A stretch of 63,849 nucleotides of DNA, the filler included, from Octopus bimaculoides (taxonomy: Eukaryota), in the NCBI RefSeq assembly GCF_001194135.2. It is 7 parts of 7 records of this genome, joined end to end, with 100 filler letters (N's around TTAATTAATTAA, not from the genome) between each part and the next. Parts side by side here need not be neighbours in the genome. Positions count along the whole stretch, not along the records: positions 1 to 21,380 come from NC_069002.1; positions 21,481 to 42,664 come from NC_068990.1; 5 more parts are not named here. The stretch is one strand, 5' to 3'. A model generated the notes under the pieces. The model was given only the letters and a program-made list of their open reading frames with translations, was not told the DNA's origin and did no database searches. Below, piece after piece: positions 13,335 to 25,240 of this stretch. Positions within the stretch are counted from its first letter, which is position 1, and each line of letters begins with the position of its first letter. Both the position numbers and the translations under genes were made by a program.

Positions 13335-14245
13335 CAGGGGTTGAACAAAATAATGGAAAAACCTAGCATCCTAGCATCATAATTCTGAATTATCTATAAA
13401 ACCGTCAAAAGTTTCTTTATTCTTATGATTATTGATTTATTATTAGTGTTGCTTAATATGTTTTGCTAAAATTTCTGTTTCTTTTAAGATATCACCAGAA
13501 AAAGGTAATTAAAATTCATTAAAATGACAGATCTATCGGACTTTCAAACAGGTCAAATTTTTGGTGATCGTATGGCAGGTACTAGCGTAAGGAAAACAGC
13601 CGAAATGTTTGGTGTATCAAGAAGTACTGTCTTGAAAGTAATGACAACCTTTGAGAAAGAGGGAAAAACCTTCTTCTTGAAACAAAACTCCGGAAAGAAA
13701 CCAAAATTTTAAGATAGGTACCGTCGAACTCTACGTGAATAGCTCCCAAAATTACTGCAGAGCACCTCGAGAACCAAGTTTCCACAATAACTGTTCACCG
13801 GGAGCTGTACAAAACTGGATTTCACGAGAGGGCTGCGGTCAGAAAACCACTACTTTCAAAAACGAACGTTGAAAAGCGTTTAGAGTGGAATAAAAACCTA
13901 TAGAATTGGTCCCTAGAGCAGTGGAAGTATGTTATTTTCTCAGACGAGTCATCCTTTACATTATTTCCGACCACCAGTTGAGTATACGTGTGGAGACTAC
14001 CAAAAGATGCATTAGACCCAGGAGGAGGATCTGTGATGATCTGGGAGGCTATATCTTAGAAATCCACCAGCACAGTGGTTTCCCTTCATAGCAGAATTAA
14101 TAGTCAAGGTTATTTAACCATTTTATCTGATCAAATTCATCCTATGTTTGCCGAATAACAGAGGGAAACGCAATCTTTCAAGATGATAATGCACCAATTC
14201 AGACAGCTAAAATTGTTACTGAATGGCACGAGGAACTTTCTAGTG
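13335..14245 (+). mobile_element. Tc1-family DNA transposon, left TIR plus decayed transposase, 3' truncated
   Basis: TA followed by CAGGGGTTGAACAAAATAATGGAAA. HTH MTDLSDFQTGQI..SVRKTAEMFGVSRSTV; FSDES; GGGSVMIW; IFQDDNAP. Several frameshifts and stops; no right TIR seen. Confidence 0.9.
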
Positions 14246-14265
14246 AATTTGTTTCAAATTTTAAG

Positions 14266-14590
14266 GTGTCAACGGAACAGCCTGCTCGTGAAATTAACGT
14301 GTAAGTGGCTAAGCTCTCCACAGACACGTGTTCACTTGACGTAGTTCCCGAGGAAATTCAGCGTGACACAGAGTGTGAGACGGCTGGCCCTTCAAAATAC
14401 CGGTACAACAGAAACAGGAAGAAACAGTGAAAGTTGTGGTGAAAGAGTACAGCAGGGTTAGCCACCACCTCCAGTCGGAACCTTGTGGAGCTTTAGGTGT
14501 TTTCGCTCAATAAACACTCACGACGCCCGTTATGGGAATCGAATCAGCGATCCCACGACCGCGAGCCCGCTGCCCTAACCTCTGGGCCAT
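14266..14590 (-). mobile_element. tRNA-derived SINE, family A
   Basis: Reverse complement begins TGGCCCAGAGGTTAGGGCAGCGGG..GATTCGATTCCC (A/B boxes); body matches 43593-43964 and 58820-59135. Confidence 0.9.
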
Positions 14591-15851
14591 ATATCTGAGA
14601 ATGTGTGTCTGTCTCTCTATCTGTATATGTGCATCACTAAAACTCGAGAACTACTCAACCGATTTCATTTAAACTTTACATATGTCTTACTTAGGGTTCA
14701 TGCAGTGTCAACTTCTTGCATAATGCGAGCCCAGAACAATCTCTTACACTGGTCCGGAATTCCATTTCAAAAGTGAAACAATAATTACGTGACAAAAGTG
14801 AAACAGTAATTACGTGACAAAAGTGAAACAATAGCATATACATTGTAATGATATAATACTTTCACTTTACTTTTTTCACTTTCATTTTGTTTCATATCGT
14901 ACCACTTGCAACTTTGCAAGGTATTTATAGTTACTCTTAAATTAACATTTAATACATGTACTTTGTCTCTCTGTGTGTCTGTAATCACAACTGTCTGTCT
15001 GTCTCTCTGTCTGTTCTCAATGCATTCCATGCCATATTCTGTATATGCGTGTGTGTCTCTCTCAGTGTATGAGTGTGCACGTGTCTGTCAGTGTGTGTGT
15101 TTCCGCCTTGCATGACAACGTCACATTTTCTTTATGGGTGTCTGTGTGTGAGTGTATGATTCAGTGTGTGTGTTTCCGCCTTCGACGAGAACATCACATT
15201 TTGTATATGACTGTCTGTATCTGTGAGAGTGTATGAGTCGTCACATTTTCTATATGAGTGTTTATGTGTGTGAGTTTATGAGATTGTACGTGTCTCAGTG
15301 TGTGTGTCTCCGCCTTACGTAGTTATTCAACTGAAACACATCTACATCTACATATATATGACGACTCAGAGGCGTTACTGTACGCCCTTTCTCCATCCCG
15401 TCCAAGGAAACGACGGTACTCGTGGCTTAGCAATTCATTAGTCAATGATTTGCGTAAATTATATGCATCCGGAGATTCGAAATCGAGTTTAGAAATTCTC
15501 CCTAGACACAGCCTATGGTTCTGTCAACGAGGAACGCAGCTCTTTGTGTTCTGCACTTCACTCGTAACCTTTTCTACGCTATTAACACTTGAAATAGATA
15601 ACGAGTGACCTACATTCATTTGCCTGTTGCTTCAACAATATATCTCCTGTATAGTAGAGTGTCTGTGTCTGTCAGCGTATGTGTGTGGGTGTATGAATGT
15701 ACATGTGTTTGTCAGTGTGTGTGTGTTTCCGTGTGCGACGGCAACGCCACATTTTCTATAATGTGTGGCTAGATGCAATACACTACCAAATAGGACTAAT
15801 TTACCATCACTAAAAGGTGACGAGGGTTCAAGGAGCACCAGTATTGCTAAG
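14591..15851 (+). mobile_element. Probable non-autonomous Helitron with internal tandem repeats
   Basis: 5' block CTGAGAATGTGTGTCTGTC..AAAACTCGAGAACTACTCAACCGATTTCA resembles animal non-autonomous Helitrons. Contains a 25-bp unit AAAAGTGAAACARTAATTACGTGAC x2.6 (14769-14832) and four copies of GTGTGT(G)TTTCCGCC..CACATTTT. Ends ..TTGCTAAG-T. Confidence 0.5.
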
Positions 15852-15903
15852 TAAAAAGAAGTATATTTTCTTCTTACTGAGAACCTCCCCACCGCCATTG
15901 AGT

Positions 15904-15986
15904 GCCAATTTCGCACGGAATTTAATGCTCATCAGTACTGCTCACGCTATTGCGACTGGCGAAGCTGAATTCTACCTCGTCATCAA
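15904..15986 (-). ncRNA. Hammerhead-ribozyme-like core (stem I not resolved)
   Basis: Minus strand reads GCCAGTC-18nt-CTGATGA-GCAT(TAAATTCC)GTGC-GAAA-TTGGC. Core is exact, stem II is 4 bp, stem III GCCAGT/ATTGGC has one G.U pair. The 18 nt of would-be stem I do not pair. Confidence 0.4.
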
Positions 15987-16281
15987 ATGCGTATATTTTA
16001 TCATAGGAAGCCGCAATATGATAATGTGAAAACTATAAAATATTATACACACNNNNNNNNNNNNNNNNNNNNNNNNNNNNNNNNNNNNNNNNNNNNNNNN
16101 NNNNNNNNNNNNNNNNNNNNNNNNNNNNNNNNNNNNNNNNNNNNNNNNNNNNNNNNNNNNNNNNNNNNNNNNNNNNNNNNNNNNNNNNNNNNNNNNNNNN
16201 NNNNNNNNNNNNNNNNNNNNNNNNNNNNNNNNNNNNNNNNNNNNNNNNNNNNNNNNNNNNNNNNNNNNNNNNNNNNNNNNN

Positions 16282-18420
16282 TTCTCAAAAAAATATACCT
16301 ATCCCTGCACAGAAGCAATATTTTAAAAGTCTTATAGAGAAAACGGAAGAGTTTGTTCGAAGATTGAGATGGAAAGACTTCTTCTTTGATACTAAACAAA
16401 AAACAAACGGAAACAAGTATGGACTTAAATCTTCCAGGAATCCACCACCTATTCCGGAATTAGAAGCCTTCGAAAAAGACCTTTTCGATCTTATTAGAAA
16501 AGTTAGATTCCGTAAATATACCAAGCATCTGCAGAGAGATACGAAAGAAAAAAGTTACAGAAACCAACAACTCGAATAAGATCTTCGTTAATTCCGACAA
16601 GACAAAAAACTTATATGCGGTTGATAAGGACGTTTACAAGCGTTTAATTTCTAATAACATCACAGATACATACAAAAAAGATAACACAAATTTATACGAA
16701 GAGGGGAATTTGGAGCCAAGAAGAATAGCTAACAATCTGAAAATTAGCGATAAAATAGAATACCTTTCCCCTCCGACCTACTTTTATTACCGTAGAAGAC
16801 CATAAAGCCAATTTTAATAAAAAAAACTCAAATGAAGATTGATTAATCCTGCAAAAATTGAAATAGGGATTATTAGCAAATATATTTTAGATCACATTTT
16901 AACTAAGTTAGATTGTGATTTAAATTTATGGATTTGGAAAAATAAGTCAGTAATAGATTGGTTTAAAGGGATTAGCCATAAGCATTACTGCAAATTTACG
17001 CAGTTTGATATTGTTGATATTTACCCATCAATATCCAGGCCTTTGCTCCTGAAAGCATTGGAATTTGCCAAACAGTATGTCAACATCGATAGCTCGGAAA
17101 CAGATATTGTCATACATGCAACAAGATCACTTCTTTTTTATGAGTAATCTACCTTGATTTAAAAGAGTGAGGATTCTCTTTTCGATGTACCGATGGGTGT
17201 ATACGACGGGGCTGAGTTATGTACGCTTATAGGAGCTTGCATTTTGCACAATCGGAAGCTAGAATTCCCGTTTATAGACGCAGTATTGTATAGGGATGAC
17301 GGCCTTATAGTCACCCATAATTTAAATGGCCATGAATTAGATAAACTTAGGAAGGATTTAATCGGTTTCTTCCAAAGGATAGGCTTGCGGATTACAATAG
17401 ATACTTGAATTCATATATATTCAAACCTTACCATAAACCTAATGATAAACTATCTTATATTAGCAAAGAATACAACCATCCGCCAGTTGTTCTTAGAAAC
17501 TTAGTTAGTAACGTAGGTAGGCGAATATCGTCAATTTCTGCGGATGAGGCAACATTCCAAAACGCAGCACCTTATTATAATAGTGTTTTAAGGAATAGTG
17601 GATTCTCTGAGAGGATCCAGCATACCCAGTCTAATGCTAACAGCAACGCAGCAAGCAGAACTAGGACTAGGAAAGTTTTGTGGTTCAACCCAGCTTTCAA
17701 TATGACCGTAAGAACTAATAGAGGTAAGGCATTTTTAAAATTAGTCTCTAAGCACTGTCAACAGAATATTCAATTGTAGAAGGCTCACACGATTATAGAA
17801 CTTATACAGGGGCTTCGGAAAAGAAAATTCATTCAAAACTAGGCTTTATTCGCACAAAAATCCTTTCAGATACCCCGAAAATAAGACAAAAACCAATTAA
17901 ATGCGAGTTGTTTGTTGGAAAAATTCCATATCTTATTCCAAGATAAGAAAGCTTTGAACCAAAGACGCGAACTTTTAAATTTAAAATGTCGGCTAATAAC
18001 ATACCATAAGGGTAGTATATTTTTGATAATGTTTGACTCCTGGAAACCAGTTTGCAATCGCACTATTGGATTTGTACCGCATTATACATTATTTACTTCG
18101 CGTTGCAAGAATATTTTATAGATCCCTACGTCTTTTTATTTAAGAAAGCATACGTCTTTTTATTTAAGAAAGCCTATATGCATAGTTTTTCTTGTTTTTA
18201 TTTTACTTTATTCTATTTTATTTTTATTTATTTAAAAAAAATTTTTAAACAAATCTAACCGTTTTATGGATGGTTCGATATATGGGATTTCTATTATGTA
18301 TGTATTTTTGCCCAATTTTGGCTTTTATACACTCAGCAATTTCTTAAAATGTTGTCTGCATAGGTACGTTGCGACCTAACAGTTTTTTTAATGTGGATGT
18401 CTGTATTGTAGCAATGCATA
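16282..18420 (+). mobile_element. Penelope-like retroelement (RT plus C-terminal GIY-YIG remnant), decayed
   Basis: N-term SQKNIPIP..LIEKTEEFVRRLRWK; RLINPAK; FDIVDIYPSI; MGVYDGAELC; LYRDDGL; YHKPND..NHPP; WFNP..VRTNRGKAFLKLV; TYTGASEK/FKTRLYSHK; LNQRRELLNLKCR; AT-rich 3'UTR. Frameshifts and internal deletions. Confidence 0.9.
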
Positions 18421-19417
18421 TGTATTCGTATGTGTGCGTCTATGCTTATGTATAGAGCCTAGGTTTACACTTGTGCACATACATACATATGCATGGTTTC
18501 GTGTGTGTGCGTCTGTGTATATGCTTGGGTAAGAGTGTAAGCTTATATTTACACATACATACACATATTCGTGTGTGTGCGTTTATGTTATATATGAGAA
18601 TGTGTGCTCAGGTTAACACACATATATACTTGAATGTGTGCATACGCACGTATACAATTGTATCTGTGTGTATTCGCGTACATATCCCTATATATCTGTA
18701 TACGTGATGCTAATATACATTTTTGTATACACATATACATAATCCAATTTTGTGTCGTTTGTTATATACGCTACACTTCCTTCTTTCTTTCTTTCCTTCT
18801 TCCTCTCTTTCTTTCTTTCTCTATTCCTTTCTTCCCTTCATTCCTCCCTTCTTTCTCTCCCTTCTTCCTTTCTTTCTTTCCTTTCTCACGGAAACCACAC
18901 TTTCCCTCTTTCTACATTCGTAACGTCCTTATCGATACGCTACTCTTCCCAACCCTACTTCGCTCACTCCATAAGTTTAAGATACACTTGCTTGTTCCAA
19001 CGTAATTTACGTGCGAGAGCATGATTGCGTGCATATGTGTATGTGTATACATGCGTATTCGTGCATGTATTTATGTCTTACAAATATATGCCTATATACA
19101 TATATTGTCTGTACGTATGCATCTGTGTATAACATTTTTATTTTTTTATTTTAATGCAGCGAAAATCTTATTTTAATTTTAATGTGTTAAATCGAATATA
19201 ATTATTTACAATATGTATTTTGAACCCACTTTTCAATTTAAGGTTTTCTTTGATATTTTAAAAATAGAATGAATCCATATAGAATTCATTTGTTTTGCTT
19301 ATTTTGTTCATTGCACACCTAAGACCGTTATTTGAAATGACCAATAAAACAGATCTATGTGTTTTAATTTTATATTAGTTTTGATTGCATCGTCATTTCT
19401 TTCTCATTTCTAACAAA

Positions 19418-19457
19418 ATTGTCCGATGAACGGGAACGTGAAACTCCGAGTAACAGT
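19418..19457 (+). ncRNA. Minimal type I hammerhead ribozyme, probably in a Penelope-type pseudo-LTR (about 19090-19482)
   Basis: ATTGT-CCGATGA-ACG(GGAA)CGT-GAAA-CTC(C)GAG-TA/ACAGT. Stem I is 5 bp (one G.U), stem II is 3 bp with a GNRA loop, stem III is near-palindromic, GUA cleavage after 19452. One core deviation (U4C). Confidence 0.75.
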
Positions 19458-20480
19458 CTTTTGTTGTATTTCTGCTGCTTTCNNNNNNNNNNNNNNNNNN
19501 NNNNNNNNNNNNNNNNNNNNNNNNNNNNNNNNNNNNNNNNNNNNNNNNNNNNNNNNNNNNNNNNNNNNNNNNNNNNNNNNNNNNNNNNNNNNNNNNNNNN
19601 NNNNNNNNNNNNNNNNNNNNNNNNNNNNNNNNNNNNNNNNNNNNNNNNNNNNNNNNNNNNNNNNNNNNNNNNNNNNNNNNNNNNNNNNNNNNNNNNNNNN
19701 NNNNNNNNNNNNNNNNNNNNNNNNNNNNNNNNNNNNNNNNNNNNNNNNNNNNNNNNNNNNNNNNNNNNNNNNNNNNNNNNNNNNNNNNNNNNNNNNNNNN
19801 NNNNNNNNNNNNNNNNNNNNNNNNNNNNNNNNNNNNNNNNNNNNNNNNNNNNNNNNNNNNNNNNNNNNNNNNNNNTATATATACGAACATTTATTAGCAG
19901 AGGATATAGATAATACAGGCACTCCCCGTACACAAACATGCACTTACAAAACATAGACACACATTGAGGGATACGCATGCGTAGACACATACAATAGGAA
20001 TACAAAATACAAAATGGCTGATAGTTAGCAAGGTGGGACACACATAAGAAAGAAGAAAGCAAAGGACCACTAATGAGGTCACAGAAGTGTGACGAAAGAA
20101 CTCTGGCCGAAATAGGACTAATGTAATGTAATGTAATATAAAGCTGAAGCAAATTAACACCAAATATACAGTGCGAGTGTATTTATTAGCTAAACTGGCA
20201 ATATGACTATCCCCAAGTACAAAAACATATATATATATATATTTGCACATGTTACAGCCATTAAACTGAGGCGATACTGCAACACAGCCTTGAACATATT
20301 TATTCGAATGAATCAACCCCAGAACTATCACCTAAGCCTCAAACTTATTCTATTGGTGTCTTTGGCCAAACCGCTATGTTACTGGGACGTAAAAACACTC
20401 ACACAGGTTGTCAAATGCTAATGAGGGACAAACTCATACACATACAAACACACACACATCTAAATGCGTATATATATATA

Positions 20481-20518
<38 letters not shown>

Positions 20519-20530
20519 NNNNNNNNNNGG

Positions 20531-20565
<35 letters not shown>

Positions 20566-20574
20566 TGTGTGTAT

Positions 20575-20715
20575 TTCACGACGGGCTTTTTCCAGTTTCC
20601 ATCTATTAAATCTTTTCACGTCACATTGGCCGTCCAGAGGCTAAAGTACAAGACATTCGCTCTCTTGGACAATCATGCAGTGTGGAAACAGGCTTCTTCA
20701 CACACAACCATTCCT
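20575..20715 (-). mobile_element. tRNA-derived SINE, family C (CORE/Meta/V-type central motif), degenerate
   Basis: Reverse complement matches 25058-25240 (..GATGGAAACTGGAAAAAGCCCGTCGTG followed by a TG/CA tract). Confidence 0.75.
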
Positions 20716-20749
20716 GTACATGTTTCTATCTATATATCTATCTATATAC

Positions 20750-20797
<48 letters not shown>

Positions 20798-21277
20798 ATA
20801 TATATATATACATGGCTACACCGATGTATATGATTAAATATGTATGTGCATACTTGTACATATATTCGTATATACACTTATATATACATACAAACACACA
20901 AAACCCACTGAAACCCTACCACCACACACACAGACGCACGCACGCACCCGCACTCAGATGATATATACAGATAGATATATCAAGACAAAATGTTACCATT
21001 GTGTTTGATGTGCAACCAGACATGTTTAAGGATGCCGTGCTATATTGGGATTGCTAAATACGAGAACTATGAAAAAGCCATCACAGAATGTATTACATAC
21101 TGGCCCATTGTGTTTTAAGTGTTTCGCTGGAGAAAGGTGAACAAATACTGAAGTATTAGCAGAAATATAAGCCTGCACCTATACATGTGTCTGCCTGTGT
21201 TGATGTATGTGATTCTAGGCGGATATCGGTGTGTGAGGTTTATTGTTCCAACTGTGACAGAGATTCAAATACAGTTT

Positions 21278-21342
<65 letters not shown>

Positions 21343-21480
21343 GATATATATATATATATACATACATATATATATATATANNNNNNNNNNNNNNNNNNNN
21401 NNNNNNNNNNNNNNNNNNNNNNNNTTAATTAATTAANNNNNNNNNNNNNNNNNNNNNNNNNNNNNNNNNNNNNNNNNNNN

Positions 21481-23237
21481 GTATGAAGTCTCTTCATGAA
21501 ATCCAGCCTGCTCAAACGTCATCTTGAGAGGAATCACGCGGGCAAGAAGGACGTAGATCAGAGTTATTTCCAGCGACTTGGCGAAAACGGAAAGCGGCAG
21601 TACATAAACAAGAATAGCCAGATCTACCAGAAGAGGACAGGCCTTGTGAAAGCATCCTATTAAGTTGCTCTTCTGGTGGCCAAAAACATGAAGGCACATA
21701 CTATTGCGGAGTCTCTCGTCGTGCCAGCGGCAAAGATCTTGGTCAGGCACGTAAATTGAGAGGTGGCGAAGTTGGAGAGTGTTTCCGTCTCTAACAACAC
21801 TGTACAGCACCGTATCGAGGAGATGTCGGTCGACATTGCCGACCAAGTGATTGAGGGAGTGAGAGTCTCAAAATATGGGCTTGCCATTCAACTCGACAAA
21901 TCGATGGACGTCACCAACTGCTGTCAACTACTTGCCTACGTCCACGTCACGCAAAATAAGGAAAGGATATTTTCGACGTTTTGGACAATTTCTTCAAGCA
22001 GAATGAACTGGATTGGGTTAAGTTGGTCGGATGCACGATAGATGGGGCTCCATCTATGCTCGGTCGAAAGTCAGGTTTTCAAGCCCATGTGAAAGCTGTG
22101 CCACCAAACTCCACTGATGTCCATTGTTTCATACAGATTCGCTTTTTGTGCTCAGGTGCTCCCTCCGAAGTTTTTTTTTTCCATAGTTGAACCGAGTTAT
22201 CAGAATCGAGAATTCCGTCAAAACGTCGGTTCTGAATACCCGGCTGTTCAAGCTGCTCTGCGAAGGTTTCGGCTCCGACTACACCTGTCTCCTCTACCAC
22301 ACAGAGGATCGCTGACTCACCCGGGGTAATGCGACGAGGCGTCTCTTTGAACTGAGGGATGAATTTCTTGTTTTCTTCACGGAAAAGGAACACGATTTTC
22401 AAGATCTGGAGGACGAAGAGTTTATCTCAAGGTTGGCCTACCTGTCGGACATTTTTGGAGCCCTCAACCACTTAAACCTGTCGTTTCAAGGGCCTAACTG
22501 CACTGTCACAAAGTTCATCTCGAAGAAGCTGGGAGAGTTTGTCCTGAAGTTGGATCAGTGGTTGAAGAACGTGGAGAGCAAACACTACAGCATGTTCGAA
22601 CCTCTGGCTACATCTGACAGCGAGCCCAATGATGAATTTGCCCAAGAAATCATCCGTCACCTCACTACTCAAGACTGAGTTGATGCATTACTTCCCGGAC
22701 GTGACATGTTGTGCCTACATCGCCAATCCATTCTCCGTTGATCCAGCCGAGTTGCCTGTCGGGACCGGGGAACAAGAGGAACTCATAAATATTCAGGCTG
22801 ACGAGACAGCAAAGACGAAGCACAAAGAATGCTCTCCTATAAACTTCTAGCTAAGCATGGCCTTCTCGTACCTGATGCTAGCCCGTCACGCTGTTCCCCA
22901 GCTGCTGATTTCCCCCTCTGCATGGAAGTGTGAGCAGGAGTTCTCAGCCTTACTGTCCACCAAGTCGAAGAGCCGGAACCGTCTTGCTGCGCCTGCCCAC
23001 GATTTCCGATGCGTTGTAAGCAAGGTTATGCCCTGCATTGACCAACTGGTGGAGAAGAAACACATTCAGCCCTCACATTAAATTGAGCTGTGTTCTTTGT
23101 TGTTAGTTTATTTATGTTTTCTACTTGTGATTAAATTGATATCTGATGAAACTGCGTTTTTCTGGAACCAGGTGGTACGCGGCGGCTGCAACAAACCTCC
23201 AAGTGGTACGCAATCACATAAAGGTTGGGAACCATTG
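21481..23237 (+). mobile_element. hAT transposon, Buster/Charlie group, decayed transposase plus right TIR
   Basis: KRHLERNH; KAHTIAESLVVPAA; SNNTVQHRIEEMS; LAIQLD; CTIDGAPSMLGRKSGF; LAYLSDIFGALNHLNLSFQG; CEQEFS..KSKSRNRL. Right TIR reverse complement CAATGGTTCCCAACCT is followed by GTCTAGGG (nnnTAnnn, Buster-type target). Left end lost in the gap. Confidence 0.9.
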
Positions 23238-23633
23238 GTCTAGGGTTAGGGTTTGTCTTATTAGCTACAGAGCAGCTGATAGCATTTAGAGAGTCTTGTG
23301 TCATGATTTATTTAATTTTTGCTTTACGTAAGCATCATTGGTAATTGAACTGGTGGATGGGGAAGGAGTACGAGTAGACATTTTATATGCAATTTATGGT
23401 ATAATATATATATGAGCCAAATCTCCCGCCCAGAACAATCGGACACAACAATATGTTGTTGATCCTTGCTCTAGGCTGTAGCTCATCCTGCTAGAAAAAG
23501 CAGATTAATCTACCTATATTCTTAGAAAATGGCGGATACATTAGTTAATCTATTCCTAATTACACTATGTTTAAAATAATTATAGTTGGTCATAGCTGCA
23601 ACACCTTTCATCGTATCACTCGCTCTCTCTCTC

Positions 23634-23666
<33 letters not shown>

Positions 23667-23689
23667 CTATCTCTCTCTCTCTCTCTCTT

Positions 23690-23728
<39 letters not shown>

Positions 23729-24253
23729 NNNNNNNNNNNNNNNNNNNNNNNNNNNNNNNNNNNNNNNNNNNNNNNNNNNNNNNNNNNNNNNNNNNNNNNN
23801 NNNNNNNNNNNNNNNNNNNNNNNNNNNNNNNNNNNNNNNNNNNNNNNNNNNNNNNNNNNNNNNNNNNNNNNNNNNNNNNNNNNNNNNNNNNNNNNNNNNN
23901 NNNNNNNNNNNNNNNNNNNNNNNNNNNNNNNNNNNNNNNNNNNNNNNNNNNNNNNNNNNNNNNNNNNNNNNNNNNNNNNNNNNNNNNNNNNNNNNNNNNN
24001 NNNNNNNNNNNNNNNNNNNNNNNNNNNNNNNNNNNNNNNNNNNNNNNNNNNNNNNNNNNNNNNNNNNNNNNNNNNNNNNNNNNNNNNNNNNNNNNNNNNN
24101 NNNNNNNNNNNNNNNNNNNNNNNNNNNNNNNNNNNNNNNNNNNNNNNNNNNNNNNNNNNNNNNNNNNNNNNNNNNNNNNNNNNNNNNNNNNNNNNNNNNN
24201 NNNNNNNNNNNNNNNNNNNNNNNNNNNNNNNNNNNNNNNNNNNNNNNNNNNNN

Positions 24254-24349
<96 letters not shown>

Positions 24350-24359
24350 TGTGTTTTAT

Positions 24360-24960
24360 TAGCCAACTTTGAACGGCTAATAAAAAAGTTAAACGACTTC
24401 CATATGAATTGCTTGAGAAAGCTGTTGAAAATCATCTGGCGGGACAAGGTCTCAGACACGGAGGTCCAGTCTCGAACTGATCTTCCTAGCATTTACTTAC
24501 TGCTGAGGAGAGCACAAGTAAGGTGGGCAGGCCACTTTGTTCGAATGCCTGGCACACAACTCCCCAAGAGACTATTTTGTAGCAAACTGGTGGAAGGCAA
24601 GCGCACACAAGTTGGACAGAAAAAGCACCTCAAGGATTCATTTAAAGCCTCATTGAAGAGCTTTAAGATCAACCCCGACACCAGGGAAACAAAGCACAAG
24701 ACCATCCTACTTGGCGGAGCGGCATTAACAGAGGTGTCACCTCCTATGAATAGAACAGGATTGCCAAGGCATAAAGAAAACGCGGATTGTGCAAGTCTAG
24801 AGCTAACACCTTGTCTCCAATCCCAACAGACCACCAATGCCCCACCTGTGGCAGAGCTCTCCGAACAGGTTACGGATTGATCGATCACAGCCGGACACAC
24901 TGTGCTTCGTCCTCTTCTCCTATGTCATGTCTTTGGTCATCGTCGACACGGACGGACGAA
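24360..24960 (+). mobile_element. RTE-clade LINE 3' fragment
   Basis: FHMNCLRKLLKIIWRDKV..RWAGHFVRM..LPKRLF..GKRTQVGQKKHLKD, C-terminal CPTCGR..HSRTH zinc finger. Confidence 0.85.
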
Positions 24961-25057
24961 CTAGTAAGAGCCAAACTGCAAAAAAAAAAACAGAGTTATA
25001 TAACCAAAGGTGTTGCAGCCATGAGCACCTACAATTATTTTAGACATAGCAGACGTC

Positions 25058-25206
25058 GCTGTGTGATAACAGGCTTGCTTCCCAACACATGGTTTCGGGT
25101 TCAGACCCACAGCGTAGCACCTTGGGCAAGTGTCTTCCATTATAGTCTCGGGCCGACAAAAGCCTTCTGAATGAATTTGGTAGACGGAAACTGAAAGAAG
25201 CCCGTC

Positions 25207-25240
<34 letters not shown>
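25058..25240 (+). mobile_element. tRNA-derived SINE, family C
   Basis: GGTTTCGGGTTCAGACCC (B box), CACCTTGGGCAAGTGTCTT, GACGGAAACTGAAAGAAGCCCGTCG followed by (TA)n. Confidence 0.85.

Noticed and set aside
18023-18061. TTGATAA..GAAACCAGTT as a stand-alone hammerhead
   Set aside because: Two core substitutions and unpaired stems; kept only as supporting evidence for the inverted-pLTR hypothesis
19960-20140. Possible solo-LTR fragment containing CGCATGCGTA
   Set aside because: No termini, TSD or alignable similarity to the 32136 LTR beyond the motif
21425-21436. TTAATTAATTAA centred in about 44 N on each side, recurring at 42709, 49135, 53322, 58764 and 61137
   Set aside because: Identical 100-bp N/linker blocks with stop codons in all six frames: an artificial scaffold spacer, not a biological repeat or CRISPR-like array
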